Assembly: GCA_964572155.1 (NCBI GenBank)
Contig: CAZNDZ010000001.1
Location: forward strand, 582,518 to 646,517
Length of the DNA: 64,000 nucleotides
Direction of reading: 5' to 3'
From: an uncultured Planctomycetales bacterium
GTDB lineage: Bacteria; Omnitrophota; Gorgyraeia; Zapsychrales; Fredricksoniimonadaceae
The notes beneath the pieces are model-generated. The model saw only the letters and a list, made by a program, of their open reading frames with translations. It was not told where the DNA came from and ran no database searches. Positions within the stretch are counted from its first letter, which is position 1. Each line of letters begins with the position of its first letter. Below, piece after piece: positions 37,449 through 47,415 of this stretch. The position numbers and the translations under genes are program-made.

Positions 37449-38998
37449 AACTTATAGTCGCCTTTGGCGCGTGGCTTGTTTTAGGCATCTTGCTCTATGC
37501 TAAGACATTTCACGCGCCATTTCTTTTTGACGACGAGATCTTGATCCTTCGTAATCCGATGGTGCAAGATCTGACCCACGGGCTGGCATCGCTTAAAAAC
37601 ATATTTAGTTATCAACCCTCCCGCATCTTTACTAACTTAACGGTAGCGCTTAATTTTCACTTCTGTCATGTGGACACCTTTGGATATCATGTGACCAATT
37701 GGATGTTGCACATCTTGGTTACTTTAGGGGTATGGTATTTCACCCGGCAGATCATTGCCATCCATAAGATAACGACACAAATAGATGTGCCGTTTTGGGC
37801 GTCGTTACTATTTCTGGTTCATCCGTTGCACACCGAATCAGTCAGTTATATCAATCATCGCAGCAGCGTGCTTGTGACCTTGTTTTATTTGTGGTCTTTG
37901 ATCTTTTATATCAAAGCGAGGGTGGGCAATGATGGTCGATATTTCATGCCTGCGTGTGTTTTGGCGGTTTTGTCTTTGTTGAGCAAAGAATCAGGGTGGA
38001 CATTGCCTTTGGTGTGGATGTTGGCGGATGCAATGTTGATTAAAAAGCCAACGCCTAAAATTGTGTGGGGATCTTTGTTGGCATTATTGGTTGTGATGTT
38101 TGCCATTTTTGATTTCAAGGTCAAACAAATATTGATGACGCAGGTTTATTCTCAGTCGCACCGAGGAGATTTTTTAACCTTAGGGACTTATCTTTTAACC
38201 CAATTAAAAGTGTGCATCGTATTTTTAAGGCTAATGTTTTTCCCAGTTGGACTCAATGCCGATTATGATTTTGCCATATCGCATTCATTGTGGGAGCCAC
38301 AAACAATGGGAGCGGCGGTGATTTTGATGTTGTTGGCTATAGCAGCTTTTCTTTGGCGTCATCGCTGTTGGTATCTGACGTGGGGGGTTGCGGCATTCTT
38401 TATTTCGTTATTAAGTCATTTTTTCCCTGCGCGTTACAATGTCATTGCAGAACACAAGTTGTATCTAACCTTAGCACTCATCATCCCCGTGGCTGTTTTG
38501 TGGCTTCATGATTATTCTAAAAAATATTTTATGGTGATCATAAGTGTTGTGATTGCAATTTTTGCTGTATTGACGATACAACGCAATGAAGTGTGGGCAA
38601 GTCCGATCAAACTTTGGCAAGACACGGCAAAGAAGTCACCTTTAAAACCTCGAGCACATTTAAATTTAGCCACAGCGTTGTTAAACCACGGCCAAGACAA
38701 GGAAGCAGAAGCGCTATTCTTTCATGTGATTCAAATAGCACCAGAATATTGCGAGTCTTATATCAATTTAGCGCAGATTGAAACTAATCGAGGCAATCTT
38801 GAGAAAGCATTGGCATATTCTAATCAAGCCATTGTGGTTAATCCAACGTTTGATATTGGGTATCTGCAGAATGGTTTCCTCAATGATCGCATGGGTCGAC
38901 GGGAGGCTGCGATCAAAAGTTTTTCCGTATGGCTTAAAACGCATCCAAATGATGTGACCATCAGCAACCGTGTTAAATTTCTACAAAATCAATTGTAG
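37433..38998 (+). CDS. TMTC/PMT-like GT-C membrane glycosyltransferase with C-terminal TPR repeats (second copy)
   Basis: FHAPFLFDDEILILRNP loop motif, multi-TM, and C-terminal TPRs (AHLNLATALLNHGQDKEAEALF...YINLAQIETNRGNLEKALAYSNQAIVVNP). Confidence 0.6.
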   Translation: MADKVKLIVAFGAWLVLGILLYAKTFHAPFLFDDEILILRNPMVQDLTHGLASLKNIFSYQPSRIFTNLTVALNFHFCHVDTFGYHVTNWMLHILVTLGVWYFTRQIIAIHKITTQIDVPFWASLLFLVHPLHTESVSYINHRSSVLVTLFYLWSLIFYIKARVGNDGRYFMPACVLAVLSLLSKESGWTLPLVWMLADAMLIKKPTPKIVWGSLLALLVVMFAIFDFKVKQILMTQVYSQSHRGDFLTLGTYLLTQLKVCIVFLRLMFFPVGLNADYDFAISHSLWEPQTMGAAVILMLLAIAAFLWRHRCWYLTWGVAAFFISLLSHFFPARYNVIAEHKLYLTLALIIPVAVLWLHDYSKKYFMVIISVVIAIFAVLTIQRNEVWASPIKLWQDTAKKSPLKPRAHLNLATALLNHGQDKEAEALFFHVIQIAPEYCESYINLAQIETNRGNLEKALAYSNQAIVVNPTFDIGYLQNGFLNDRMGRREAAIKSFSVWLKTHPNDVTISNRVKFLQNQL

Positions 38999-39016
38999 AG
39001 ACGCATGCCGTCTAAA

Positions 39017-40057
39017 TTATGCAAATTTACTTTTATCGATGGCTTTGAGAAAGGCGTTTTCTTTGGTGATTTTGCCTGTTGTGACCAAGGCCATGAGGGA
39101 ATCATCCATGAGTTGCATGCCTGCAGCGCGATTCATTTGAATCTCACTATTTAATTTGTTGGTCTCGCCGGATTGGATGATGTTCGATAACGCAGAAGAG
39201 CGCAATAAGATTTCATATGCCGCATGTCGGCGATTGCCATCCACGCTTGGAATAAGTTGTTGTGCGATGATCGCTTTTAAATTATTAGCTAAAATGGTTC
39301 GGATTTGATTCTTACGGCTCATGGGAAATGCATCCACGATACGGTCAACAGTTTTGGCCGCAGAGTTGGTGTGTAAGGTGCCAAAGACAAGGATGCCCAT
39401 TTCCGATGCGGTGAGGGCTAATTCCATCGTTTCTGCATCACGCATTTCACCGACTAAGATAATATTCGCATCACTCTTAATGGCAGTGCGCAGTCCACTT
39501 GAGAAAGAAACTGTATCTCGCCCAACCTCACGGTGGGTGATCAGACATTTCTTCTTGGGGTGAATGAATTCAACCGGCTCTTCAATGGTGATGATCTTAA
39601 AAGCAAAGTTGGTATTAATATAATCAATCAAGGCGGCCAAGGTGGTTGATTTACCACTTCCCGTCGGACCTGTAACCAAGACAAGGCCAGACTTCCATTT
39701 TGCAAAGTTCTTGATGTGTTGCGGCAAATCCAATTCTTCAATGGTGCGAATTTTTGATGGGATCAAACGAAAAACAGCGCCGATGCCGTAAAAGTGTTTG
39801 AAGTAATTGGCACGCATGCGCGTATCGTTAAATGCATGGGCAAAATCTAAATCTCCAGTTGATAAGAAATTGCGCCATTCATTGGGTTCAGCAATGGGAG
39901 ATAATAATTTAGTTAGGGATTCATTGGTTAAGACAGCGTCGCCAATTTCGATCAATGTGCCTTGCAAACGCATTTTAGGTTTTTGTCCTTCTTCTAAGTG
40001 AAGGTCAGAACCTTTGCGTTCGATTAAGATATTAAATAATGCATCAATTTCGGCCAT
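39017..40057 (-). CDS. pilT: type IV pilus retraction ATPase, PilT family
   Basis: Walker A GLVLVTGPTGSGKSTTLAA plus Asp and His boxes; PilT-length. Confidence 0.85.
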   Translation of the reverse strand: MAEIDALFNILIERKGSDLHLEEGQKPKMRLQGTLIEIGDAVLTNESLTKLLSPIAEPNEWRNFLSTGDLDFAHAFNDTRMRANYFKHFYGIGAVFRLIPSKIRTIEELDLPQHIKNFAKWKSGLVLVTGPTGSGKSTTLAALIDYINTNFAFKIITIEEPVEFIHPKKKCLITHREVGRDTVSFSSGLRTAIKSDANIILVGEMRDAETMELALTASEMGILVFGTLHTNSAAKTVDRIVDAFPMSRKNQIRTILANNLKAIIAQQLIPSVDGNRRHAAYEILLRSSALSNIIQSGETNKLNSEIQMNRAAGMQLMDDSLMALVTTGKITKENAFLKAIDKSKFA

Positions 40058-40058
40058 T

Positions 40059-41168
40059 TTAAGTTTTTCCTAACATGGTCATCATCATGGCTGGGTTTGT
40101 CGCACGATCGAGGGCATCAGTGTTTGAAATGAGCCCGCCGTTGGCCATGGTTTGTAATGAGCTGTCCATCAATTGCATGCCAAAAGATCGCCCTGTGGTC
40201 ATGACATTATTTAATTGAGATATTTTGCCTTCACGGATGGAGCTGGCAACAGGTTGATTGACAATCAAGACTTCGAATGCCGGAACCATGCCGCTGCCAT
40301 CTTTTTTAGGGATGAGCTGTTGGCAAATAACGCCGCGTAATGATTCAGAGAGCATGTTGCGCATAATGCCTTGTTCGTCGGCCGGAAAAGAGTCGATTAA
40401 TTTTGAAATGGTTTGCATGGCATTGACCGTGTTCATTGTACCAAACACAAGATGTCCTGTTTCCGCCGCTGAGATAGCTAATTGAATTGTTTTAAGGTCG
40501 CGCAATTCGGAAATGATCAAGATGTCGGGATCTTCGCGCAATGCCGCACGCAAGGCATTGTTTTGAGACATGGTGTGGCTGCCAACTTCACGTTGGGTGA
40601 TCTGACATTTATTTGGTTTAAACACAATTTCAATCGGGGATTCGATGGTGATGATATGTTCTGCACGATGACCATTAACAATTTCAACAAGCGAGGACAA
40701 TGTCGTGGTTTTACCGCAACCTGCAGGACCCGTCACTAGAACTAACCCTTGAGCCCATTTGGTTAAATTGATGCAAGCGTCCGATAAGCCAATTTCTTTA
40801 GGTGTTGGGATTTTAACTGGGATCAAGCGCACGGTTAATTCCCAACCATCACGCTGTTTCATTAAAGACATACGAAAACGGCCATTGCCAGGGATGGTGT
40901 GCACATATTCCGCATCTCCAGTGGCATCAAATACTTTAACAATATCGAGTGGCAATGCAGTGCGGATTAAATCTTCTGCTTTTTTTGCCGTCAATATTTC
41001 TTGAGACAGGGTGAGCAGTTGATTTAATTTTCTAAAGATCAACGGATTATTCGCAGAAAGATGCACGTCGGAGGCGCCTTGTTGCCGCGCCAGAATAAGG
41101 ATCATATTAAGGTCAGATGGGATCGCACTCATGGAAGTGATTATAAAAATGAAATGATCAATAAACAA
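40059..41168 (-). CDS. PilT/PilU-family ATPase (second paralog; start uncertain, possibly internal Met at 41132)
   Basis: Walker A GLVLVTGPAGCGKTTTLSS. In tandem with pilT. Confidence 0.75.
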   Translation of the reverse strand: MFIDHFIFIITSMSAIPSDLNMILILARQQGASDVHLSANNPLIFRKLNQLLTLSQEILTAKKAEDLIRTALPLDIVKVFDATGDAEYVHTIPGNGRFRMSLMKQRDGWELTVRLIPVKIPTPKEIGLSDACINLTKWAQGLVLVTGPAGCGKTTTLSSLVEIVNGHRAEHIITIESPIEIVFKPNKCQITQREVGSHTMSQNNALRAALREDPDILIISELRDLKTIQLAISAAETGHLVFGTMNTVNAMQTISKLIDSFPADEQGIMRNMLSESLRGVICQQLIPKKDGSGMVPAFEVLIVNQPVASSIREGKISQLNNVMTTGRSFGMQLMDSSLQTMANGGLISNTDALDRATNPAMMMTMLGKT

Positions 41169-41233
41169 GACAATAATACATTTTGATTGCAGGGTATATT
41201 TTTGTTAAAGTGAACACCAATTAAACTTAAGGA

Positions 41234-42034
41234 GTGTATATGAAACAAATTTTATTATCTATTGTGTTGGTGTTCGGTTTTTCAAATATTGCTGCTGCGG
41301 CGCTTGTGACGGAAGAAATCAGTTATTCTGAAGGGTCGACGGCGTTAAAGGGATATTTAGCCTATGATGATGCCTCAACAGAAAAACGCCCAGGCATTCT
41401 GGTGGTACATGAATGGTGGGGGCATAATGATTATGCTCGCAAACGCGCGCGCATGTTAGCCCAATTAGGTTATGTGGCTTTTGCCGTTGATATGTACGGT
41501 GATGGTAAGCATGCAGATCATCCCGATCAAGCGGCCGCGTTTATGAAAGCGGTGGCAGAAAATACACAAATATCACAATCCCGTTTTCATGCGGCCTATG
41601 AGGTTTTAAAGAATTTTAGTTTAACAGATATTACTCGCATTGGCGCGATTGGATATTGTTTTGGCGGCGCCACAGTTTTAAAAGAAGCCATGGCAGGAAC
41701 ACCGCTTAAAGGTGTTGTGAGTTTTCACGGCTCATACGGATTGCCAGAGACTTTGCTTAAGCCAAATAGCATTAGATCAAAGATTTTAGTTTGCCACGGT
41801 GCAGATGATCAATTTGCCACCGCAGAGCAAATTGAGACATTTAAAAAAGCACTGGATGGGGCCAATGCCCAATACACGTTTAATGTGTATGCTGGTGCAA
41901 AGCATGGGTTTACAAACCCAGAAGCTGATACTTATGCCAAAAATTTTGGCATGCCGTTAGCCTATAATAAAGCTGCTGATCAGCAAAGTTGGGCTGATAT
42001 GAAAGCTTTCTTTGCTAAATTGTTTCAAAATTGA
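41234..42034 (+). CDS. dienelactone hydrolase-family alpha/beta hydrolase (secreted)
   Basis: Signal peptide, ILVVHEWWG, and the nucleophile elbow IGYCFGG. Confidence 0.75.
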   Translation: MYMKQILLSIVLVFGFSNIAAAALVTEEISYSEGSTALKGYLAYDDASTEKRPGILVVHEWWGHNDYARKRARMLAQLGYVAFAVDMYGDGKHADHPDQAAAFMKAVAENTQISQSRFHAAYEVLKNFSLTDITRIGAIGYCFGGATVLKEAMAGTPLKGVVSFHGSYGLPETLLKPNSIRSKILVCHGADDQFATAEQIETFKKALDGANAQYTFNVYAGAKHGFTNPEADTYAKNFGMPLAYNKAADQQSWADMKAFFAKLFQN

Positions 42035-42111
42035 AGTTTTTTAATTGAAAAAAATAAAGATATGCTACAATAACACAAAATTTAACGCTTTTATTTAGAT
42101 GGAGGTCGATC

Positions 42112-42573
42112 GTGTTTATTCGTTTATTCTTCGCTGTTGTATTCTTATCTGTCATTTCTGGTTGCGCCACAACCCAACAAAAAGGCGCCAATGATCAATT
42201 GCAAACTCGTGTGATTGAATTAGAGAAAAAATTAGACGAGAAAGATTCTGAAATCGTTGATTTGCAATATGAAGTCAAAGATCTTCATAGCAAGGTTGCG
42301 AATAACAAAACAATGGTCATGCCAACAGAAGATGTTACAACTGCAATAACCTCCGCTGATAAAGCTGACGGTAAAGTGATCAAGGTGGATGTCAGTGCCA
42401 CCAAAGTACAAACTGCACTGAAAAATGCTGGTTACTACACTGGCAAAGTTGATGGCAAAGCAGGCGCAGGCACCAAGGCCGCGATTGCTGCATTCCAAAA
42501 AGCTAAAGGTCTTAACTCCGACGGTGTTGTTGGGCGTAAGACATGGGACGCTTTAAAAGAATACCTTAAATAA
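42112..42573 (+). CDS. lipoprotein with C-terminal peptidoglycan-binding domain (PG_binding_1)
   Basis: GTG start, lipobox VISGCAT, a coiled-coil, and TALKNAGYYTGKVDGKAGAGTKAAIAAFQKAKGLNSDGVVGRKTWDAL. Confidence 0.7.
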   Translation: MFIRLFFAVVFLSVISGCATTQQKGANDQLQTRVIELEKKLDEKDSEIVDLQYEVKDLHSKVANNKTMVMPTEDVTTAITSADKADGKVIKVDVSATKVQTALKNAGYYTGKVDGKAGAGTKAAIAAFQKAKGLNSDGVVGRKTWDALKEYLK

Positions 42574-42575
42574 TT

Positions 42576-43628
42576 GTGATTGATCTAAATACCATTGGTG
42601 AAGAACAGCTGTTGCAAACGAGGCTGTGTGATTTGCCTATTGCCATCGAAGGCACATGGCTTGAAGCGTGTGTGTTGCAATTGCATGCGGAATTAAAGAC
42701 ACAAGGGATCTCATTTTTACCGTCGTGTTATTTAGCCGATGAATGGTTAACCCCCGAGGGTGAAGTTGTCATTGGTATTCCCTTTTACCTCGCCCATCCC
42801 ACATTGATCAAACTAGAACATAAGATGATGTTAGAAGCCGAAGGTGAAGGCAAGACATGGTGCATGCAATTATTGCGCCATGAAACAGGCCATGCACTGA
42901 CGTATGCCTATAAGTTAAATGAGCGCAAAGATTGGCAACGTGTGTTTGGTTCACCGGCGCAAGAATACGGGGATACCTATAAGTTTAAACCCTATAGCAA
43001 GAATTTTGTCAGGCACTTGGATGGTTTTTATGCACAGTATCATCCCGACGAGGATTTCGTGGAAACATTTGCTGTCTGGTTAACCCCAGATTCTAATTGG
43101 AGAGAAACATATCAGGCCCAAGGCGCGCTTGAGAAGTTAGAGTTTGTGGATCAATTGATGGCCTCCATTAAAGACAAGCCACCGTTAAAGAAAACAGGTC
43201 GGAAATTGTGGAGCCAAGCCAAGAGTAAAATGCTCTTAAGTAAATATTATAGTAAGAAACAATCAAGCCGAGAAGATTTGATTGATTTTCATGATGCACA
43301 ACTCAATAAGATTTTTAAATCCTTGTCGCCGGAAGAATGGATTGCTTTTAAGAAGGAGCAACGCAAGAATAAGAATTTATTGCCAGCGTTTACTTTGGTT
43401 CAAGCGCATACGAAAAATTTGATGAATAGTGTTGACCGTTGCACCGGAGAGCGTAAATATATCATCAGTGGATTATTAAAAAATATCGCGCTGCGCACAC
43501 GTCAATTGAATATGATTGTGCAGGGCGATGAGAAGGTAGCACTTGTGCAATTATCCGTCTATGTGACAAGCCTTGTTGCCAACTATGTGCATACGGGTTT
43601 ATATCGAGGAAAAGGGCATCGATCATGA
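42576..43628 (+). CDS. HExxH-motif putative zinc metalloprotein (uncharacterised family)
   Basis: LLRHETGHALTYAY (HExxH) with a downstream acidic region. The stop overlaps the next gene's start (ATGA). Confidence 0.5.
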   Translation: MIDLNTIGEEQLLQTRLCDLPIAIEGTWLEACVLQLHAELKTQGISFLPSCYLADEWLTPEGEVVIGIPFYLAHPTLIKLEHKMMLEAEGEGKTWCMQLLRHETGHALTYAYKLNERKDWQRVFGSPAQEYGDTYKFKPYSKNFVRHLDGFYAQYHPDEDFVETFAVWLTPDSNWRETYQAQGALEKLEFVDQLMASIKDKPPLKKTGRKLWSQAKSKMLLSKYYSKKQSSREDLIDFHDAQLNKIFKSLSPEEWIAFKKEQRKNKNLLPAFTLVQAHTKNLMNSVDRCTGERKYIISGLLKNIALRTRQLNMIVQGDEKVALVQLSVYVTSLVANYVHTGLYRGKGHRS

Positions 43629-44653
43629 AAAAGAAATTAAATGTGCTGATGTTGTTTTACAGCCCATATCAAAAGCCGCGCGGCTACGATTACAAAGAAG
43701 AGTTTGCTGATCCAGATAATATGTACACGGAAAAAGATGTCATGCTCGCCTTAAAAAGCTTGGGGCATGAGGTGCGGCTGCTTGGGATCTTTAATGACAT
43801 TGCACCCCTTTTTGAAGAAATCAAAGAGAATAAGCCTGACGTCATTTTTAATATGATGGAGATTTTTAATAATCAAACGCATCTAGAGAAGAATACGGCG
43901 GCCATCCTTGAGATGCTAGATATTCCTTTTACCGGTTCGGGATCTGGGGTGTTGTTCTTATGTAATAATAAGGCGCTAAGTAAGAAGATATTCTCATATC
44001 ATAAAGTTAAGGTCTCAAAATTCACGACGTACTATAAGGGCAAGCGCATTGTTGTCCCTAAGAAATTACGTTTACCGGCGGTGATTAAGCCATTGTGTGA
44101 AGAAGCATCGCGCGGTATTTCGCAAGCATCGATTGTCGACAGTGTTCAAGGTTTCATTGATCGCATCAAATTTATCCATGACAATTTGCAGCTGGATGCG
44201 ATTGCCGAAGAATACATTGAAGGCCGTGAGTTTTATGTGAGCGTTTTAGGTCATAAGCAAATCACGGTGTTGCCTGCCCGTGAAATGCTCTTTACCAATA
44301 TGCCTGAAGGTGAACCACGCATTGCGACGTATAAAGCTAAATGGGATGATGCCTATCGTAAGAAATGGGGCATCAAGAGTGTGGCTGCGGCCAAGATTTC
44401 CGACGAGTTACAAGCTAAGATGGCGGATGTTTGCAAGAAGGCATATCGTGCCATGGACATGGACAGCTATGTGCGTTTTGATATTCGGGTGGACGCCAAT
44501 GATGAGGTCTATATCATTGAGCCTAATGCTAATCCCTGCATTGCCAAGATGGATGAGATTGCCCAATCAGCGATTAAGGCAGGCATGTCTTATGAAGATT
44601 TAATACAAAAGGTGTTGGAATTGGCCATCTTGCGCCATGAAAATAGAAAGTAG
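43625..44653 (+). CDS. ATP-grasp ligase, D-alanine--D-alanine ligase-like
   Basis: Ddl-family N-terminus (ILEMLDIPFTGSGSGVLFLCNNKALSKK) and an ATP-grasp C-terminus (EEYIEGREFYVSVLG...RFDIRVDANDEVYIIEPNANP). Confidence 0.7.
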   Translation: MKKKLNVLMLFYSPYQKPRGYDYKEEFADPDNMYTEKDVMLALKSLGHEVRLLGIFNDIAPLFEEIKENKPDVIFNMMEIFNNQTHLEKNTAAILEMLDIPFTGSGSGVLFLCNNKALSKKIFSYHKVKVSKFTTYYKGKRIVVPKKLRLPAVIKPLCEEASRGISQASIVDSVQGFIDRIKFIHDNLQLDAIAEEYIEGREFYVSVLGHKQITVLPAREMLFTNMPEGEPRIATYKAKWDDAYRKKWGIKSVAAAKISDELQAKMADVCKKAYRAMDMDSYVRFDIRVDANDEVYIIEPNANPCIAKMDEIAQSAIKAGMSYEDLIQKVLELAILRHENRK

Positions 44654-44659
44654 CGTGTC

Positions 44660-45433
44660 ATGCAGTTATCAAAATCGTTGGTCGTTTTAGATTTAGAAAC
44701 AACAGGGACGTGGATTGAGAAAGATCGCATCATTGAAATTGCCTTGATCAAATTAAATCCTGATGGAACAGAGCAAACATTTGAAAGCAAGGTTAATCCC
44801 TGCATGCCCATCCCACCAGTGGTTAGTGAATTAACCGGCATCAAAGATGAAGATGTTAAAAATGCACCGGTGTTTACCATGATTGCTTCTAAAATCGTTG
44901 AGTTTATCGGTGATGCAGATCTAGCAGGGTTTAACGCTGAGCGGTTTGATATTCCTTTATTGAATCGTGAATTTAGCGACGTAGGGGTTAAGTTTGACAT
45001 GAGCGGACGTATGATCTTTGATGCTCAAAAAGTGTATCACTTGCATCAAAAACGCGATTTGTCAGCAGCCTATTTGTTCTATTGTAAAAAAGATTTAAAA
45101 GATGCCCATTCTGCCCTTGCAGATACACGCGCGACATTAGATATTTTAGAAGAACAAATCAATTTATATGGCAATGGTAACAAGCACATTGACGCGTTAA
45201 AAGATTTTAACTACCGTCAGACCAGCGAGTATTTTGACAGTGACCGTAAGTTTCGTTGGTGGAATGGTGAGCTTTATATGACCTTTGGCAAGTATGCCAA
45301 GAAGGAATCCCTTCGCGTGATAGCCCAGAAAGATCCTAACTATCTGCAGTGGATCTTAGACAAAGACTTCAGTGAAGAAATAAAAGCCATGGTCCAAGAT
45401 GTGATTAATGGCCAACATCCCAAACAGGCTTAA
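44660..45433 (+). CDS. DEDDh 3'-5' exonuclease domain protein (DnaQ-like) with ~85-aa C-terminal extension
   Basis: Exo I LVVLDLETTG, Exo II, and Exo III HSALADTRATLDIL. Confidence 0.75.
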   Translation: MQLSKSLVVLDLETTGTWIEKDRIIEIALIKLNPDGTEQTFESKVNPCMPIPPVVSELTGIKDEDVKNAPVFTMIASKIVEFIGDADLAGFNAERFDIPLLNREFSDVGVKFDMSGRMIFDAQKVYHLHQKRDLSAAYLFYCKKDLKDAHSALADTRATLDILEEQINLYGNGNKHIDALKDFNYRQTSEYFDSDRKFRWWNGELYMTFGKYAKKESLRVIAQKDPNYLQWILDKDFSEEIKAMVQDVINGQHPKQA

Positions 45434-45470
45434 ATTTGCGCTTATATAGATTATATGGTACATTTGCCGC

Positions 45471-47357
45471 ATGTTCCAAAAGCACATCTGTTTAATCATT
45501 AGCCTATGTTTATTGCCCTTGCCACAAGTACATGCAAATGAAATGGTTTTGCCTGTGCCGGGCAAGATGGTTCAATTAAGCGCTGCCTACCAGCCCGCGA
45601 TCCTCAAAGGCTTGACCGTTCATAAAGATAATCCTTTCATGTTCGACTTTTTAGTCGATGTAGGCCAAGACAAGTTACAAGGTGAGGCGTTAAAGCAAGA
45701 AGGCGATAAGTTCATTCAATATTTTCTAGCAACATTGGCTGTTCCTGAAAAAGATCTTTGGGTTAACTTAAGTCCTTATGAAAAAAACCGCACGGTGCCA
45801 CAAGCCTTAGGCCAAACAGCCTTGGGGTCTGACCTTTTAGCTCAAGACTATATTTTAAAGCAATTAACCGCAAGTTTGATTTATCCCGAAAAAGAATTGG
45901 GTAAAAAATTCTGGGACAACGTCTATCAAAAGACACAAGCCAAGTATGGCAAAGTCAATATCCCAGTGAATACCTTTAACAAAGTTTGGATCATGGCGGA
46001 CAAAGCCGAAGTGTACGAACACAATCAAACCGCCTTTGTAACGGACACCCATTTAAAAGTCATGTTAGAAGAAGATTACCTAGCCGCAAACAAAAACACC
46101 GTAGAGACGCGATTCATCGCGTCTCAAACATCAAATAAAACAACCCAAAACATCATCAAAGCAAGCGAAGCTTCCCTGTTGTCCAACAAAGTGTTGCAGG
46201 AAATCATCCTTCCTGAAATCGAGCACGAGATCAACACTGGAAAAAACTTTGCCACCCTAAGACAGATTTTTAATGCCATCATTTTAGCGACGTGGTACAA
46301 AAACAATTTAAAGCAATCGCTATTAAATGACGTCTATTCCAATCAAAACAAAGTCAAAGGCATCGACCTACAAGATCAAACCATCAACCAAGAAATTTAC
46401 GAGCGCTATGTGCAAGCTTATAAAAAAGGCGTGTTTAATTACGTTAAAGACGGTGCACAGCCTAAGAAATATTTCTCCGGCGGTGTTGTCGGCCGCGTGC
46501 CATTGACAACAATCAATAAAGCGATGGCGTCACAAAAGGCAATTGATGATCCTGTTCATCAAATTGTATCATTTAAAGTAAGGTTAAATGATGCCGCCAT
46601 GACAACAAGTGAGGCCATAGTAGAACTCATGGACATGTTGGTTAGTAATGATGTTGTTGATGATCAGATTATGGATGATATTGCGGTATATCTCATACGG
46701 CTGTATCGATCACATAAAGATAAATTAGAGATATTATTCCCTCAATTAATAGTGCATCCAAATTATAAGCATTTAAAGAACAAGATACAGGCCCTTTATG
46801 TTGCAACGGGTTATCCCACAAATGAGATGGGAAAAATATCAAAGGCATTGGTGGATTTTAATTGCTGGCATTATTGTTGGAATAATCTCTTAAGCTTAGA
46901 AAGGCAGAGGAAATTTTTCTATAATAAGGCAATGGCAAGCACAGTAAAAGGTAAGGGATTGTTAAAGATTTTAAGCGCTGGTGTTGGTATGGCGGTGGCA
47001 AGTTATTTTATTCCCGAAGATGGTCACAAGTTTTTATTCTTATATGCCGGTCTAGGGGTTACGGCGTCAGGCTGGTTGCTTTGGCATGCTTTAAATGCGC
47101 CTAAAGCAGATGAAGCGGCCAATGATTCTCGCTTCAATCAAGATCAGGCCATGAATGGTGGTATTGATTTTAAGGATAGTGCTCTTAAAACAAAATTACG
47201 TAAAGATGGATTGGGTGTGAGTTTTGCGGTGGATTCTGAGTTTATAGAAAGGGTCAAACGTGATGGTCTCGAGGGGTTAACGCCGGTTATTGTGCACATT
47301 GAGCCGGTGATCAATATTGCACCTCTGTTGGGTCTTCCTGTTAAAAACAAATCTTGA
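45471..47357 (+). CDS. secreted/membrane protein (P2), shorter paralog of the 14479-18558 protein
   Basis: Sec signal MFQKHICLIISLCLLPLPQVHA|NE. N- and C-terminal domains are collinear with P1 (WVNLSPYEK...DLLAQDYILKQ.TASLIYPE; IPVNTFNKVWI; QAM..GGIDF). Has a C-proximal bilobed hydrophobic hairpin (LLKILSAGVGMAVASYFI-PEDGHK-FLFLYAGLGVTASGWLLW). Confidence 0.6.
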   Translation: MFQKHICLIISLCLLPLPQVHANEMVLPVPGKMVQLSAAYQPAILKGLTVHKDNPFMFDFLVDVGQDKLQGEALKQEGDKFIQYFLATLAVPEKDLWVNLSPYEKNRTVPQALGQTALGSDLLAQDYILKQLTASLIYPEKELGKKFWDNVYQKTQAKYGKVNIPVNTFNKVWIMADKAEVYEHNQTAFVTDTHLKVMLEEDYLAANKNTVETRFIASQTSNKTTQNIIKASEASLLSNKVLQEIILPEIEHEINTGKNFATLRQIFNAIILATWYKNNLKQSLLNDVYSNQNKVKGIDLQDQTINQEIYERYVQAYKKGVFNYVKDGAQPKKYFSGGVVGRVPLTTINKAMASQKAIDDPVHQIVSFKVRLNDAAMTTSEAIVELMDMLVSNDVVDDQIMDDIAVYLIRLYRSHKDKLEILFPQLIVHPNYKHLKNKIQALYVATGYPTNEMGKISKALVDFNCWHYCWNNLLSLERQRKFFYNKAMASTVKGKGLLKILSAGVGMAVASYFIPEDGHKFLFLYAGLGVTASGWLLWHALNAPKADEAANDSRFNQDQAMNGGIDFKDSALKTKLRKDGLGVSFAVDSEFIERVKRDGLEGLTPVIVHIEPVINIAPLLGLPVKNKS

Positions 47358-47415
47358 GATTTATTAGCAGAACGTATAGAATAACTCCCATTATATCAAT
47401 GGCTTAGGGAGGAAT

